Shown here: piece after piece, positions 39,851 through 49,095 of the stretch
Layout of the letters: every line of letters begins with the position of its first letter
Position numbering within the stretch: the stretch's first letter is position 1
From: Longimicrobiales bacterium
GTDB taxonomy: Bacteria; Gemmatimonadota; Gemmatimonadetes; Longimicrobiales; Gaopeijiaceae
Direction: 5' to 3'
Assembly (NCBI GenBank): GCA_965198065.1
Contig: CBDAON010000004.1
Span: 1,184,001-1,248,000, forward strand
Length of the DNA stretch: 64,000 nt
Position numbers and translations under genes: made by a program
Notes under the pieces: generated by a model
What the model was told of the DNA's origin: nothing
Database searches by the model: none
What the model saw: the letters and a program-made list of their open reading frames with translations, nothing else

Positions 39851-40017
39851 GCGAAACAAAGAAGCCCACCCCCACCTCAGACGCGGACCGAAGTCCCGAG
39901 CGGGTCCGAGATCCAGGCGCGGGGTTGGAACGCATGAAGAAGGCGTTGAAGCAAATGCTCAAAGTGCCCAAGCCAGTAGGGGAGAATGCCAACAGCAAAG
40001 GGCCGGGGACGACGTGA
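39847..40017 (+). CDS. 56-aa IS1595-associated small protein
   Basis: ATGA overlap upstream and GTGA overlap downstream; GLERMKKALKQMLKVPK amphipathic helix; below the ORF-track size cutoff. Confidence 0.65.
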   Translation: MSETKKPTPTSDADRSPERVRDPGAGLERMKKALKQMLKVPKPVGENANSKGPGTT

Positions 40018-40760
40018 CTAACGGACCCGGCGAGTATCTCTTCAAGATCGAGGCGTTCACGCCCGAGACGATACCTATGGCACGCCTCGCTGAGTATCTG
40101 GCGGGACTAGCGGCGATCCTCGGAGAGCCGAAGTCCGTCCACCTGGTGCGGATCGAGGCAGGAAGCACGACCCTTGTACAGAAGATCGAGCACGAGGCGA
40201 TTCCTAATGTTCATGCACGGACGGAGGCCGTTCGCCTCGGAGGAGCGCCGCGCGATGCGCAGACCGCCTATCGGAGGGTGAACAAATTCCTTCGAGAGGA
40301 CAACGCGTGGGCGGTTCTGAGAAAGGGAAAGAGAGGCGCCAAGGTTCTGGAGTTTCCGGGTAGGGAGGAAGCGGAGGATGTCTTCTCCGCTGTGAACCAG
40401 GCCGGAAGTATCTCCGGCGTAGTCGTTCGCGTGGGAGGCACAGGGGACAGTATCCCGGTGCTCATGGAGTCCGAAGGTGAACCAATCGCTGGTTGCCACA
40501 CCAATAGGCACCTTGCGAAGAGCTTGGCTCACCATCTGTTCGAGCCAGTGCGCCTCGGTGGTCAGGGATATTGGATACGGGATGGTGAAGGGCGGTGGCT
40601 CCTCAAGCATTTCCGCATTGATAGCTTTGGAATGCTTGAGCCTACGACGCTAGGGAGTGCCCTGACGGAGCTTCGCGCGATTGCGGGAGAATGGGACGAG
40701 GGGGCCTATGAGGAACTAGGGGAAATCAGGGGAGGACGGTTAGCCAGTGGTAGTGATTGA
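40014..40760 (+). CDS. Uncharacterised passenger protein, candidate partner of the PIN protein
   Basis: 248 aa, FKIEAFTPETIPMARLAEYL..LA.ILGE; overlaps the PIN gene start. Confidence 0.8.
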   Translation: MTNGPGEYLFKIEAFTPETIPMARLAEYLAGLAAILGEPKSVHLVRIEAGSTTLVQKIEHEAIPNVHARTEAVRLGGAPRDAQTAYRRVNKFLREDNAWAVLRKGKRGAKVLEFPGREEAEDVFSAVNQAGSISGVVVRVGGTGDSIPVLMESEGEPIAGCHTNRHLAKSLAHHLFEPVRLGGQGYWIRDGEGRWLLKHFRIDSFGMLEPTTLGSALTELRAIAGEWDEGAYEELGEIRGGRLASGSD

Positions 40761-41307
40761 CGCTTCCATGCTTCTCCTACTCCTCCAACCCGGAGCCCCT
40801 GGGCCTCGGGACCCCTCCGGCAAGCCAGTTGTGGAGCCTCGGAAGCGCGTAGAATACCTCATATCCGAACTGGATCGGTCTGGCACGAAAATTGGTATTC
40901 CCACGCCCTCCCTCAGTGAGGCGCTGGTAAGAATGGCGCCAAAAGAAGCGACGGGGATCGTCGAGACGCTAAACCGCAAGGCGGTCTTCAGTATTGAGTC
41001 CTTCGACCAACGCGCCGCCATCGAAGTGGCGGTCATGCTGAGGGGCGAACTCGGCAAGAAACCACCGGAGGCCGGTGCGCAGACGTGGGCGAAGCTCAAG
41101 TTCGATCGCCAGATCGTTGCGATCGCTAAGGTCTCCGGCGCGTCGGAAATCTATTCCGACGACAAGGACATCGAGAAACTCGGGAAAAAGGTGGGCGTTC
41201 CCGTTACCCGAGTCAGCGACCTTCCTCTACCGCCCGAGCACTTGCAGACGGAATTCATGGACGAACTTGAGGCGGCACCCGAGGAGCCATCAAGCAACGA
41301 CGAATAA
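40747..41307 (+). CDS. PIN-domain (VapC-like) ribonuclease
   Basis: VVIDASML, IPTPSLSEAL, KFDRQIVAIAK, IYSDDKD provide the PIN acidic residues. Confidence 0.82.
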   Translation: MVVIDASMLLLLLQPGAPGPRDPSGKPVVEPRKRVEYLISELDRSGTKIGIPTPSLSEALVRMAPKEATGIVETLNRKAVFSIESFDQRAAIEVAVMLRGELGKKPPEAGAQTWAKLKFDRQIVAIAKVSGASEIYSDDKDIEKLGKKVGVPVTRVSDLPLPPEHLQTEFMDELEAAPEEPSSNDE

Positions 41308-41993
41308 AAATTATGGATTAGCCAACTATATTATTGCCCTAAATAGGGACAATGAGGCTATCAAATACTCGGCTGTAGACGATGTCCGGGTGTTTGAATT
41401 CCTGGACGAACTATACTCGCTCCCGCGAAACAATCCCATCGCGTCGTTCGAAATCGCCTCCGACATTACTTCCTATCTGAAGGCTCAGTTTGCCGGCTTG
41501 TTCCAGCGATTTCTTCAGGAGCAGAAACGTCTTCCTGAAATGCGAGTCTTGGAGGAGATGAACTCGGTTGCTAAGACTCTAAAGGATGTCGTTAGGTTCC
41601 TCACGGAAGAACGCAGGAGCGATGAGGCGATTAAGAATATCCTGGTTGCAAACCATCCCGCCTTCCGTCGTCTCGCAACACTCACCAATACGCCGTATCG
41701 AGTGTTTTTTTCTAGTCGCGATGAGATGGAGACATGGCTACGGGCAAGAGGCTGTACGATGATCGACGAAGCCCTCTTGGATGTAGACAGTGTTGCCGAG
41801 TGGCATCATGAAAAACTGGGATGCATCAAGTTTACAACTAGATTGTTCGATGACAACGACAAGTTACTCCTATTCACTGAGGAGGATTGGGACGACTCGT
41901 GGATCAAGCTTAAAGTGCCTGTTCCCGCCGACGATGACGACGACCTTCCGTTCTGAACCCCAGCTCGGACTCGCCTGGTCGAGCTTGAGTCGC

Positions 41994-42071
41994 CTGATCC
42001 GCGAGCGGCAGGGTGAGGGCATCGCCGTGGCCAAACAGCGGGGGGCGTATCGGCGCCGCAAGAAAGCGCTC
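41994..42071 (+). pseudogene. Serine resolvase C-terminal fragment
   Basis: LIRERQGEGIAVAKQRGAYRRRKKAL. Confidence 0.7.
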
Positions 42072-42155
42072 AGGTGCGCCGTCTACCAACACCCTACGTG
42101 CCCAATCTCGTGCGCGATTTCCGAGTTTCACGCAGACCCGTGCAGCTGGAAGGAC

Positions 42156-42180
42156 TGAGGTGGTCCTACTTCGTTGGACA
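42156..42180 (+). mobile_element. Orphan IS3-like terminal repeat
   Basis: TGAGGTGGTCCTACTTCGTTGGACA; no transposase follows. Confidence 0.4.
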
Positions 42181-42755
42181 GTCCGAGGGCGATCCTAAGG
42201 TGGATTCCGATGGTCTCCAAAGCCCTGGGGGTCCCGCTCGAGGCCGGGTGTTATCCTTCGAGCCCGGTTTGAATATAACCTCCGCCTTCCCGTCGGGACT
42301 GGTTCCCGATGGGAAGACGGAGGGAAGGGCCGCGCGTAAATCCCGCGACGATCGCAGGCGTCGTTGCGCCGGTTGGGTGGCGTCGCGCCGGATCGTCCTC
42401 ACCACACCTCCGCGCCTTCGCGATAGGCCTGGCCCGGCGTCCGTCCGCCCAGAGACGAGTGCGGGCACGCTTATTGTAGAAGCAGGGATCAGTCTTCGCA
42501 AGTCCCGATGGGACAACGACTTGGCTACATGCCGCGGGCTGCGTGTATCACATGGTGTGTCCGAAGTTCGTAAGTCGCATTACCCGCTGGGTTTACGGGA
42601 CAAACACGCAGAAACGGAGAGATCTGGAGGCTCGGCCGCAGCCCGCTCCCGCGCCGAAGACGTCGCGTGAGGCGTCGGAATGCAGTAGGAGCAGTCTCCA
42701 AGCTATCCGATGAAGGGTGTTCATCGCGCATCCCGCCCAGCCTCTTGGGTTTAGG

Positions 42756-42783
42756 TGACGTGCCCCCAATTAAAAATGACCCA
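42756..42783 (+). mobile_element. Orphan IS-like terminal repeat
   Basis: TGACGTGCCCCCAATTAAAAATGACCCA resembles the IS3-type ends elsewhere in this window. Confidence 0.4.
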
Positions 42784-42905
42784 CTACCGGCAGCCCAGCG
42801 TTGGTTGCGGCTCCCTCGGAGGGCGACTAATGTGATGCTCTGAAGGCGCGATCACGGCCTCCGCGTATCCCCCAGTAACCGCCACCCCCCCGAGATGGAA
42901 TCCGT

Positions 42906-43511
42906 ATGCAGGAGCTGTTCTTCGGTCCCGTCGCCATCTGGTTCACCGTGCCAGCGATTGCCGGCACCGTGTTCTTCTCCTTGCGTACGCTCCTCATGCT
43001 CGTCGGGGGTGCCGATACGGGCGTGGACGTCGATGTGGACTTCGATGTCGATGTGGATCTCGATGCGGGAGCCGATATCGACGTAGATACCGGCGAGTCC
43101 TCGTACGCCTTCAAGGTCCTGTCCGTCCAGGCGATCGCTGCTTTTCTGATGGGCTTTGGCTGGGGAGGGCTGGGTGCGTTCCGCGGCGGAGGCTGGGGGG
43201 GCACGATCAGCGTCGTCTTCGCGGTGGCGTGTGGAACGGGCATGGTTTGGTTCCTCGCGAAATTGCTCACGGCCATGTATGGCCTCCAGAGCAGCGGCAA
43301 CGTGCCCATATACCAGACCCTGGAGGCGGAGGGCACGGTGTACGCGAAGATCCCCGCCAAGGGTCTCGGGAAGGGGCGCGTGCGTGTCCTGATCGACGAC
43401 CGCCAACGGTTCTACAAAGCGATCACGGAGGGCGAGGCACTGCCCCGGAGCGAGAAGGTCCGCGTCGTGAGCATAAATGAGGACAACTCAGTAACAGTAA
43501 CGAAGGCATGA
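42906..43511 (+). CDS. NfeD/YqiJ-like membrane protein
   Basis: TM helices, acidic DVDVD linker, FLMGFGWGG, C-terminal OB fold (GTVY..IP..G.G.V.V); directly upstream of flotillin. Confidence 0.88.
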   Translation: MQELFFGPVAIWFTVPAIAGTVFFSLRTLLMLVGGADTGVDVDVDFDVDVDLDAGADIDVDTGESSYAFKVLSVQAIAAFLMGFGWGGLGAFRGGGWGGTISVVFAVACGTGMVWFLAKLLTAMYGLQSSGNVPIYQTLEAEGTVYAKIPAKGLGKGRVRVLIDDRQRFYKAITEGEALPRSEKVRVVSINEDNSVTVTKA

Positions 43512-43532
43512 ACTCCAGAGGGAGATAACACG

Positions 43533-45110
43533 ATGTTCCTGTTCGCCACGGTGGCACTCCTCCAAGTGGGCGCGTTCGAGGGCGATTTGAGGGTGTGGCT
43601 CGGCTTGATAGGTGGGGGTCTGCTTATCCTCTTCTTCGGCATCTCGTTCTTGGTGAAGCAATACAAGCGCTGTCCTTCCAACAGGATCCTGGTCATCTAT
43701 GGGAGGGTCGCGGGCGCACAGGCGGCACAGTGCCTCCACGGCGGCGGCAAGTTCATAATCCCGCTGTTGCAGGACTACGCGTTCTTGCCTCTCGAGCCGC
43801 TGGTCATCGATATCCCCCTGGAAGGAGCGCTGTCGCTCAACAACATCCGTGTGAACGTTCCCTCGACGTTCACGGTGGGCATTTCCACCGACCCGGTGCT
43901 CATGAACTCAGCAGCGGAAAGACTACTGCACCTGGATGAGAACCAGATTCGCGAGCAAGCCCAGGACATCATTCTGGGTCAGTTGCGGCTGGTCATTGCG
44001 ACCCTGTCGATCGAAGAGATTAACAAGGACCGCGAGAAGTTCATGAATCTCATCAACACGAACGTAGCCGAGGAGATCAACAAGGTGGGGCTCGCGCTGA
44101 TCAACGTGAACGTCCGTGACATCACCGACGAGAGTGGCTACATCGAAGCCATCGGGAAACGTGCGGCGGCGGAGGCGATCAATCGCGCCAAGGTGGAGGT
44201 CGCCCAGCAGGATCGCGACGGCGCTACCGGGCAGAAGGATGCCCAGCGCGATCAGCGGGTGCGCGTGGCTGCGCTGGAGGCGACCGCGATTGAGGGCGAG
44301 GTGAAGTCGAAGCGCGACTACGAGATCGCAACCGCCGAGCGGGAAGCCGAGACCATCGCCGCTAAGAAGAACGCGGAGCAGGAGCAGCGGGTGCAGGTTG
44401 CCGCGGCGGAGTCGACGGCGGTTCAGGGCGAGAACTCGTCACAGGGAGAGATCGCGAACTCAAACGCCCAGCTCGCAGAGGTGCGGGCCGAGGCGAAGCG
44501 CAGGGCTGAGATCGCGGCCGCACAGGCGGACGAGGCGATCTTCGGGGCTCAGCGCGAGCAGGAGATCGCCCGCTTGGGCAAAGACGAACTGGCGCCTCAG
44601 GAGATCGAGAAACAGCGGGTCGAGATCAAGGCCGAGGCGACTGCGGAGCAACTGCGGCGCGAGGCGCGCGGTGAGGCCGACGCGATGCTGGCCAAATTCG
44701 TGGCCGAGGCGGAGGGTACGCAAAAGGTGTTGGAGGCCAAGGCCGCGGGGTACCAGAGACTGGTCGAGGCCTGCGCCGGGAATCCGCAGATCGCTCCGAC
44801 TCTGCTCATGATCGAGCAGCTTCCTACCTTGGTCGCCGAGCAGGTGAAGGCGATTCAGAACCTCAAGATCGACAAGATCACTGTGTGGGATTCGGGGAAC
44901 GGTGGTCGTGGATCGAAGCACGGCGGTGGGACGGCCGATTTTCTGTCGAGCTTGATCGGGTCGCTGCCGGCGATCCACGAGCTGGCCGAGCAGGCGGGCA
45001 TTGAGTTGCCGACAGTGTTGGGCAAAATCACCCGCAATTCGGCCCGGTCGGAACCCACGGAGACGAAGGTTGTTGAGGTAGAGGAGTTGGTGAAAGCCGA
45101 CGAACCGTAA
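43533..45110 (+). CDS. Flotillin/SPFH family protein
   Basis: YKRCPSNRILVIYG, HGGGKFIIP, GL.LINVNVRDITD, AE-rich coiled coil, NLKIDKITVWD. Confidence 0.93.
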   Translation: MFLFATVALLQVGAFEGDLRVWLGLIGGGLLILFFGISFLVKQYKRCPSNRILVIYGRVAGAQAAQCLHGGGKFIIPLLQDYAFLPLEPLVIDIPLEGALSLNNIRVNVPSTFTVGISTDPVLMNSAAERLLHLDENQIREQAQDIILGQLRLVIATLSIEEINKDREKFMNLINTNVAEEINKVGLALINVNVRDITDESGYIEAIGKRAAAEAINRAKVEVAQQDRDGATGQKDAQRDQRVRVAALEATAIEGEVKSKRDYEIATAEREAETIAAKKNAEQEQRVQVAAAESTAVQGENSSQGEIANSNAQLAEVRAEAKRRAEIAAAQADEAIFGAQREQEIARLGKDELAPQEIEKQRVEIKAEATAEQLRREARGEADAMLAKFVAEAEGTQKVLEAKAAGYQRLVEACAGNPQIAPTLLMIEQLPTLVAEQVKAIQNLKIDKITVWDSGNGGRGSKHGGGTADFLSSLIGSLPAIHELAEQAGIELPTVLGKITRNSARSEPTETKVVEVEELVKADEP

Positions 45111-45119
45111 GCAGAAGAC

Positions 45120-45588
45120 TGACCTGAGCCCCTGAAACGAGACCAGGTGCAATGTTAGGATCGACCTGGTCCGAAGCTTTTCAGCGAGGAGGTCAGGATG
45201 GGAAGGAAGCGACACACTCCGGAGCAGATCATCACTGCACTGCGGGAGGCAGAGGTGGGTCTGGCCCGCGGCAAATCCGTGAAGCTGATGAGCCGGGAGC
45301 TGGGCATCACCGAGCAGACGTACTACCGATGGAGGCGGGAGTACGGCGGGATGAAGGTGAGCCAGGCACGGCGCCTGAAGGAGCTCGAGCGCGAGAACGG
45401 GCGCCTGAAGCGAGCAGTGGCGGACTTGACACTGGACAAGCTGATCGTGGAGGAAGCGGCCAAGGGAAACTTCTGAGCCCCGAGGGCCGACGACGTTGTG
45501 TGGTGCGTGTACGTCAGCAGCTCGGGGCGTCGGAGAGGAGAGCGTGCCGGGTGCTCGGGCAGCCACGCACGACCCAGCGCCGGGCTCT
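45120..45588 (+). mobile_element. Truncated IS3-family element (left end, orfA, first codons of orfB)
   Basis: TGACCTGAGCCCCTGAAACGAGACC end; GGGAAAC slippery site; SERRACRVLGQPRTTQRR then an abrupt break. Confidence 0.88.
45198..45476 (+). CDS. IS3 OrfA
   Basis: HTPEQII..LREAEV...TYYRWRREYGGM...LERENGRLK. Confidence 0.9.
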   Translation: MGRKRHTPEQIITALREAEVGLARGKSVKLMSRELGITEQTYYRWRREYGGMKVSQARRLKELERENGRLKRAVADLTLDKLIVEEAAKGNF

Positions 45589-45730
45589 TCAAGAGATCCT
45601 CGTCCAAGGCACGAGTACGCGCCACAACACGACGGACCGTGTCCGATCTCGTGATCGTCGCGTCCACCGACCGGTAGTAACGCAGCACAAGTCCCGCAGC
45701 GGCTTGGAAGGCGTCATGTCCGACACGTGT

Positions 45731-46993
45731 TTACCGGGACCGGTCGGGACCTCCTCTCCGTGTATAAGCCTCTTCTGGATAGACGTAACCGGGATCCAGG
45801 GTGGTCCCGTCCTCTGGCATGATTCGCAGGAGGTTGTCCCGGGCCACTTTCTCTGCAGCGCCAGTGGTCAATCTCGATAGGAGCCGATCGTACCGGCGGA
45901 CAGTATCCTCGTACCCTTCGTAGCGCCCAACCGCATCTGATCCAATCACGAAGTTGTCGGGGTATTGCTCGATCAATCCCGTCCACGCACTCAGGTCCTC
46001 TAGCACGTAGTCCTCGTAGACCACCCAGGATAGGTCAATGTAGACGTGGTTTCTGTGAGTCGCGAGTACCGACGCCAGAACTACTGGAAGAGAATCGACG
46101 ACGATGCGACGGCTGATGCCGGCATGGCACCAGATGAAGGTCGTGTTGGGGAACTCGTCGAACGCACGCAGCAGCTCCGGAAGATAGTCGGCGTCCCTCG
46201 CTTCTCCTTGCGGGGAGACGGCGGCAATGTTGTGGTGAATGCTCACGGGTAGACCGACTCGGCCAGCGAAGTCGAAGATGCGGAACAGTGCCGGGTGATC
46301 CGCGTGAGGACGCTCACCGGTCGTCAGGTTGGTCAAGTCATCGTGGCGAGACATCACCTCGCCGATTCCCCTGAACACACCGGGGAATTCCTTGATGCGC
46401 TTTATGATCATGTCCACCGCACCGAGGTCCGTCCCGTCGAATCCGGAGACAAGCGGGAACAGCCGTTCGAGCTGGGCCGCCGCCCCGTGCTCCCGGCGGT
46501 AGTCTTCGATCGCTAGCGCCAGGACATAGTCAGTGTCTCGCGCTCGCACGACGCGGGAACTGCTATCCAGGTAATACGCCGGGCGGGCGGGGTCACCCTC
46601 CGCCCATTTCTTGAGAAACGGCATGCCCGAGATGACCGCGTGGCTCACGTTGGCCTGGTCCATGGCCCACAGCACCGCCTCGATGCGCCGGCCCCGTTCG
46701 CCAGCGGCCGGGGTGTTGGCCGGAGAGCTGTAGACCAGCCGCCCATCGACGAGGTATTCGCCGTTCTGCAAGAAGTCCAGGATATGGAGGTGGGCGTCGG
46801 CCGTGAGGGGAACCTGCAACGCCGGACTCGCAGGCACGGGCACCGAGGGGCTGGGAGGGCCCTGCTGGGTTTGGGTTGCGCATGCCACCAGCGTCGGCAA
46901 CACCGTGACCATCAGTCCCACCACGCGCAGCGGGTACGACTGGATTCCCCGGGCAGTGCCCAAAGCCAACCTACGTCCAGCAAATTCGGTCAC
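45731..46993 (-). CDS. Amidohydrolase-family exported protein
   Basis: DAHLH, GIGEVMSRHDDLT, SIHHN, WCHAG, IGSD; possible lipobox LVAC; start uncertain. Confidence 0.88.
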   Translation of the reverse strand: MTEFAGRRLALGTARGIQSYPLRVVGLMVTVLPTLVACATQTQQGPPSPSVPVPASPALQVPLTADAHLHILDFLQNGEYLVDGRLVYSSPANTPAAGERGRRIEAVLWAMDQANVSHAVISGMPFLKKWAEGDPARPAYYLDSSSRVVRARDTDYVLALAIEDYRREHGAAAQLERLFPLVSGFDGTDLGAVDMIIKRIKEFPGVFRGIGEVMSRHDDLTNLTTGERPHADHPALFRIFDFAGRVGLPVSIHHNIAAVSPQGEARDADYLPELLRAFDEFPNTTFIWCHAGISRRIVVDSLPVVLASVLATHRNHVYIDLSWVVYEDYVLEDLSAWTGLIEQYPDNFVIGSDAVGRYEGYEDTVRRYDRLLSRLTTGAAEKVARDNLLRIMPEDGTTLDPGYVYPEEAYTRRGGPDRSR

Positions 46994-47008
46994 GAGCCGA
47001 CCTCCTAG

Positions 47009-47186
47009 TGTCGTTTCAGATTCGCCGCGAACACGGGAGAAAAGATAGCCACCGTCCAGAGGGGGAAGATAGCGCGCCGCAAGCTGAGTCTGCTACAGCT
47101 GGCCCAGGAGTTCGGCAAGGTGAGCAAGGCGTGCAAGATCGTGGGCTACAACAGCCGGCAGCAGTTCTACGAGATCAGGAGGAACA
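47009..47186 (+). mobile_element. IS481-family left-end fragment
   Basis: TGTCGTTTCAGATT end; KIARRKLSLLQLAQEFGKVSKACKIVGY..RQQFYEIRRN. Confidence 0.75.
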
Positions 47187-47189
47187 CGC

Positions 47190-47375
47190 TAAGCTTCCGT
47201 GCGGGCGGAAGTTGTTGTAGTCGGCCCGCCAGTGATCGAGGACCCGCTGGGCGTCCTCGAGATCGATGAACCAGTGTTGCCGATAGGCACTCACGCCGAA
47301 GCAGCGAGTTGAACGCCTCGATATGGGTGTTGTCGGTCGGCTTGCCCGGTCGGCTGAAGGCGAGCCGTATTCGGT
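47190..47375 (-). pseudogene. IS3 OrfB fragment (frameshifted)
   Basis: FSRPGKPTDNTHIEAFN..LRRECL / HWFIDLEDA...YNNFRPHGSL. Confidence 0.85.
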
Positions 47376-47425
47376 TCCCAAGGGGTGTGGGGTGTGATGC
47401 GCCCTCCGAGTTCATCGTGGTTTGA

Positions 47426-47611
47426 TCAGAGGTCTACGCTGAGGCCAGTGCGAAGATTGAAGTCACCGTTCGAGAGGCCCTCCGGCGGGCGTGAGTCCCG
47501 TAGCCACTCAAGTGAGACCGTCGCCCGGAGAGTATCTGTGAGCGGTATCGAACCGCTCAGCTCGTTCAGAACCCTGGCATCCCCCAAATCCGTCAGTTCA
47601 TGGGTCGTCAT
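47426..47611 (-). pseudogene. Probable C-terminal beta-barrel (DUF481-like) fragment
   Basis: DARVLNE...VSLEWLRDSRPPEG...DFNLRTGLSVDL. Confidence 0.5.
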
Positions 47612-47713
47612 GTCGTTCTCCCGAAAGGTTCGGATGTTGTGAAAAAACGATTCCTAAACCCTTCCGGGAGCGGCGTGGCCACCGCCGCCGCGCCCGACTC
47701 TTAACGGTCGCGC

Positions 47714-49000
47714 TGATCTACCCCCCTAAAACGAGACCGAGTCCAGTTTTAAGAATCTGGACGGGGTCAAGACACGAAAGGGGAGGGCACAATGGCCGCA
47801 CCAAAGAGGCTGAGTCCGGCACAGATCATCAACCGGCTACGCAAGGCAGAGGTGGCCCTGGCGAACGGCAATACGACCAAAGAGGTGTGGCGAGACCTGG
47901 GGGTGAGCGAGCAAACGTACTACCGATGGCGGCGGGAGTACGGGGGAATGAAGCTGAGCCAGGCGAAGCGTCTCAAGGAGCTCGAGGGAAGGAGAACCAA
48001 CAGCTGAAGCGGGCGGTGGCAGAGCTGACGCTGGACAAGCTGATCTTGAAGGAAGCCTCCGAGGGAAACTTCTAAGCCCCGAGCGGCGCAGACGCTGCGT
48101 GGTGCAAGTACGCCAGCGGCTTGGGGTGAGTGAGCGCAAGGCGTGCCGGGTGTTGGGCCAGGCACGCTCGACGCAGCGTCGGATACCGAAGCGAAGCGAA
48201 GACGAGGAGGCGCTGAGACAGGACGTGGTGAAGGTGGCCCGACGGTTTGGACGCTACGGGTACCGGATGGTGACGGGGATGCTGAGGACGGAGGGCTGGG
48301 CCGTGAACCACAAGCGGGTGGAGCGGATCTGGAGACAGGAGGGGCTCAAGGTGCCAAGTAAGCAGCCGAAACGAGGAAGGCTGTGGCTGACCGACGGTTC
48401 TTGTATCCGACTGCGGCCCCTGTACCGACACCATGTATGGGCGTATGACTTCGTGGCGGACCGGACGCATGATGGACGGCCGCTCAAGATGCTGACGGTG
48501 CTGGATGAGTACAGCCGGGAGTGCCTGGCGATCGTGGTGACTCGCAGGCTTCAGGCGGACGATGTTCTGCAGACGCTGAGCGAGCTGTTTGCCGAGCACG
48601 GTCCACCGGCGAATCTTCGCTCCGACAACGGTCCGGAGTTCACGGCCCGAGTGGTTCGGCAGTGGCTCGGTGAGCTAGGCGTGAAGACGCTGTTCATCGA
48701 GCCGGGCAGCCCGTGGGAGAACGGCTACAATGAGAGCTTTAACGGCACGCTCCGAAACGAGCTGCTGAAGCGCGAAATCTTCCATTCGCTGGAGGAGGCG
48801 AAGGTGCTGATCGAGCAGTGGCGGCGCGAATACAACACGCATCGACCGCACAGCTCTCTGGGTTATCGACCCCCGGCCCCCGAAGCGATCCGGCCAGACC
48901 CAAAGCTGCTCAACCTACCTCTGCTTCTTGGACCACCCCCCAGCCAAAAGGAGGTGCTTGGACTAACACTCTAGGTGGTACCGCTTTTGGGGGCAGGTCA
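47714..49000 (+). mobile_element. Full-length IS3-family element; orfA (47792-48075) frameshifted near 47988; no target duplication evident
   Basis: Ends TGATCTACCCCCCTAAAACGAGACC and GGTACCGCTTTTGGGGGCAGGTCA; related to the copy at 45120. Confidence 0.9.
48099..48974 (+). CDS. IS3 transposase OrfB
   Basis: YGYRMV, WAYDFV, LDEYSRECL, SDNGPEF, PGSPWENGYNESFN, RPHSSLGY. Confidence 0.95.
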   Translation: MVQVRQRLGVSERKACRVLGQARSTQRRIPKRSEDEEALRQDVVKVARRFGRYGYRMVTGMLRTEGWAVNHKRVERIWRQEGLKVPSKQPKRGRLWLTDGSCIRLRPLYRHHVWAYDFVADRTHDGRPLKMLTVLDEYSRECLAIVVTRRLQADDVLQTLSELFAEHGPPANLRSDNGPEFTARVVRQWLGELGVKTLFIEPGSPWENGYNESFNGTLRNELLKREIFHSLEEAKVLIEQWRREYNTHRPHSSLGYRPPAPEAIRPDPKLLNLPLLLGPPPSQKEVLGLTL

Positions 49001-49012
49001 CTGGCCTATTTG

Positions 49013-49038
49013 GCCCCTAGCAATGCTAGGGGCTTTTT
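49013..49038 (+). terminator. Rho-independent terminator-like hairpin
   Basis: GCCCCTAGC-AAT-GCTAGGGGC followed by TTTTT. Confidence 0.7.
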
Positions 49039-49095
49039 CATGAGGTGTGGGGACGAGTGTTGGGACTCTGGGACACGAGACGTAGTGTCTGAAAG

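Larger units (their letters stand above)
38801..41338 (+). mobile_element. Complete IS1595-family element with passenger genes, 2538 bp, 8-bp target duplication CTAAATAG
   Basis: TIRs GGCAATAACTTACTTGACTAA / GGCAATAATATAGTTGGCTAA (rc); CTAAATAG at 38793-38800 and 41339-41346. Confidence 0.95.
38444..41956 (+). pseudogene. DUF4062-domain gene disrupted by a 7-bp duplication and an IS1595 insertion
   Basis: MARPRIFVSSTFYDLR / QVRDDLERSIRELGYEP...GGRFG...SISHVELRRA...YKLNR; resumes at 41339 as LNRDNEAIKY...LKAQFAGLFQRFL to the stop at 41956. Confidence 0.9.

Noticed and set aside
41075..41338. ORF 41075..41956 as an independent gene
   Set aside because: Its 5' part is an alternative frame within the IS; only 41339 onward is the DUF4062 gene's C-terminal half.
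43020..43092. GATGTG/GACGTC low-complexity run as a DNA repeat element
   Set aside because: It encodes the acidic DVDVD linker usual in NfeD/YqiJ-like proteins.
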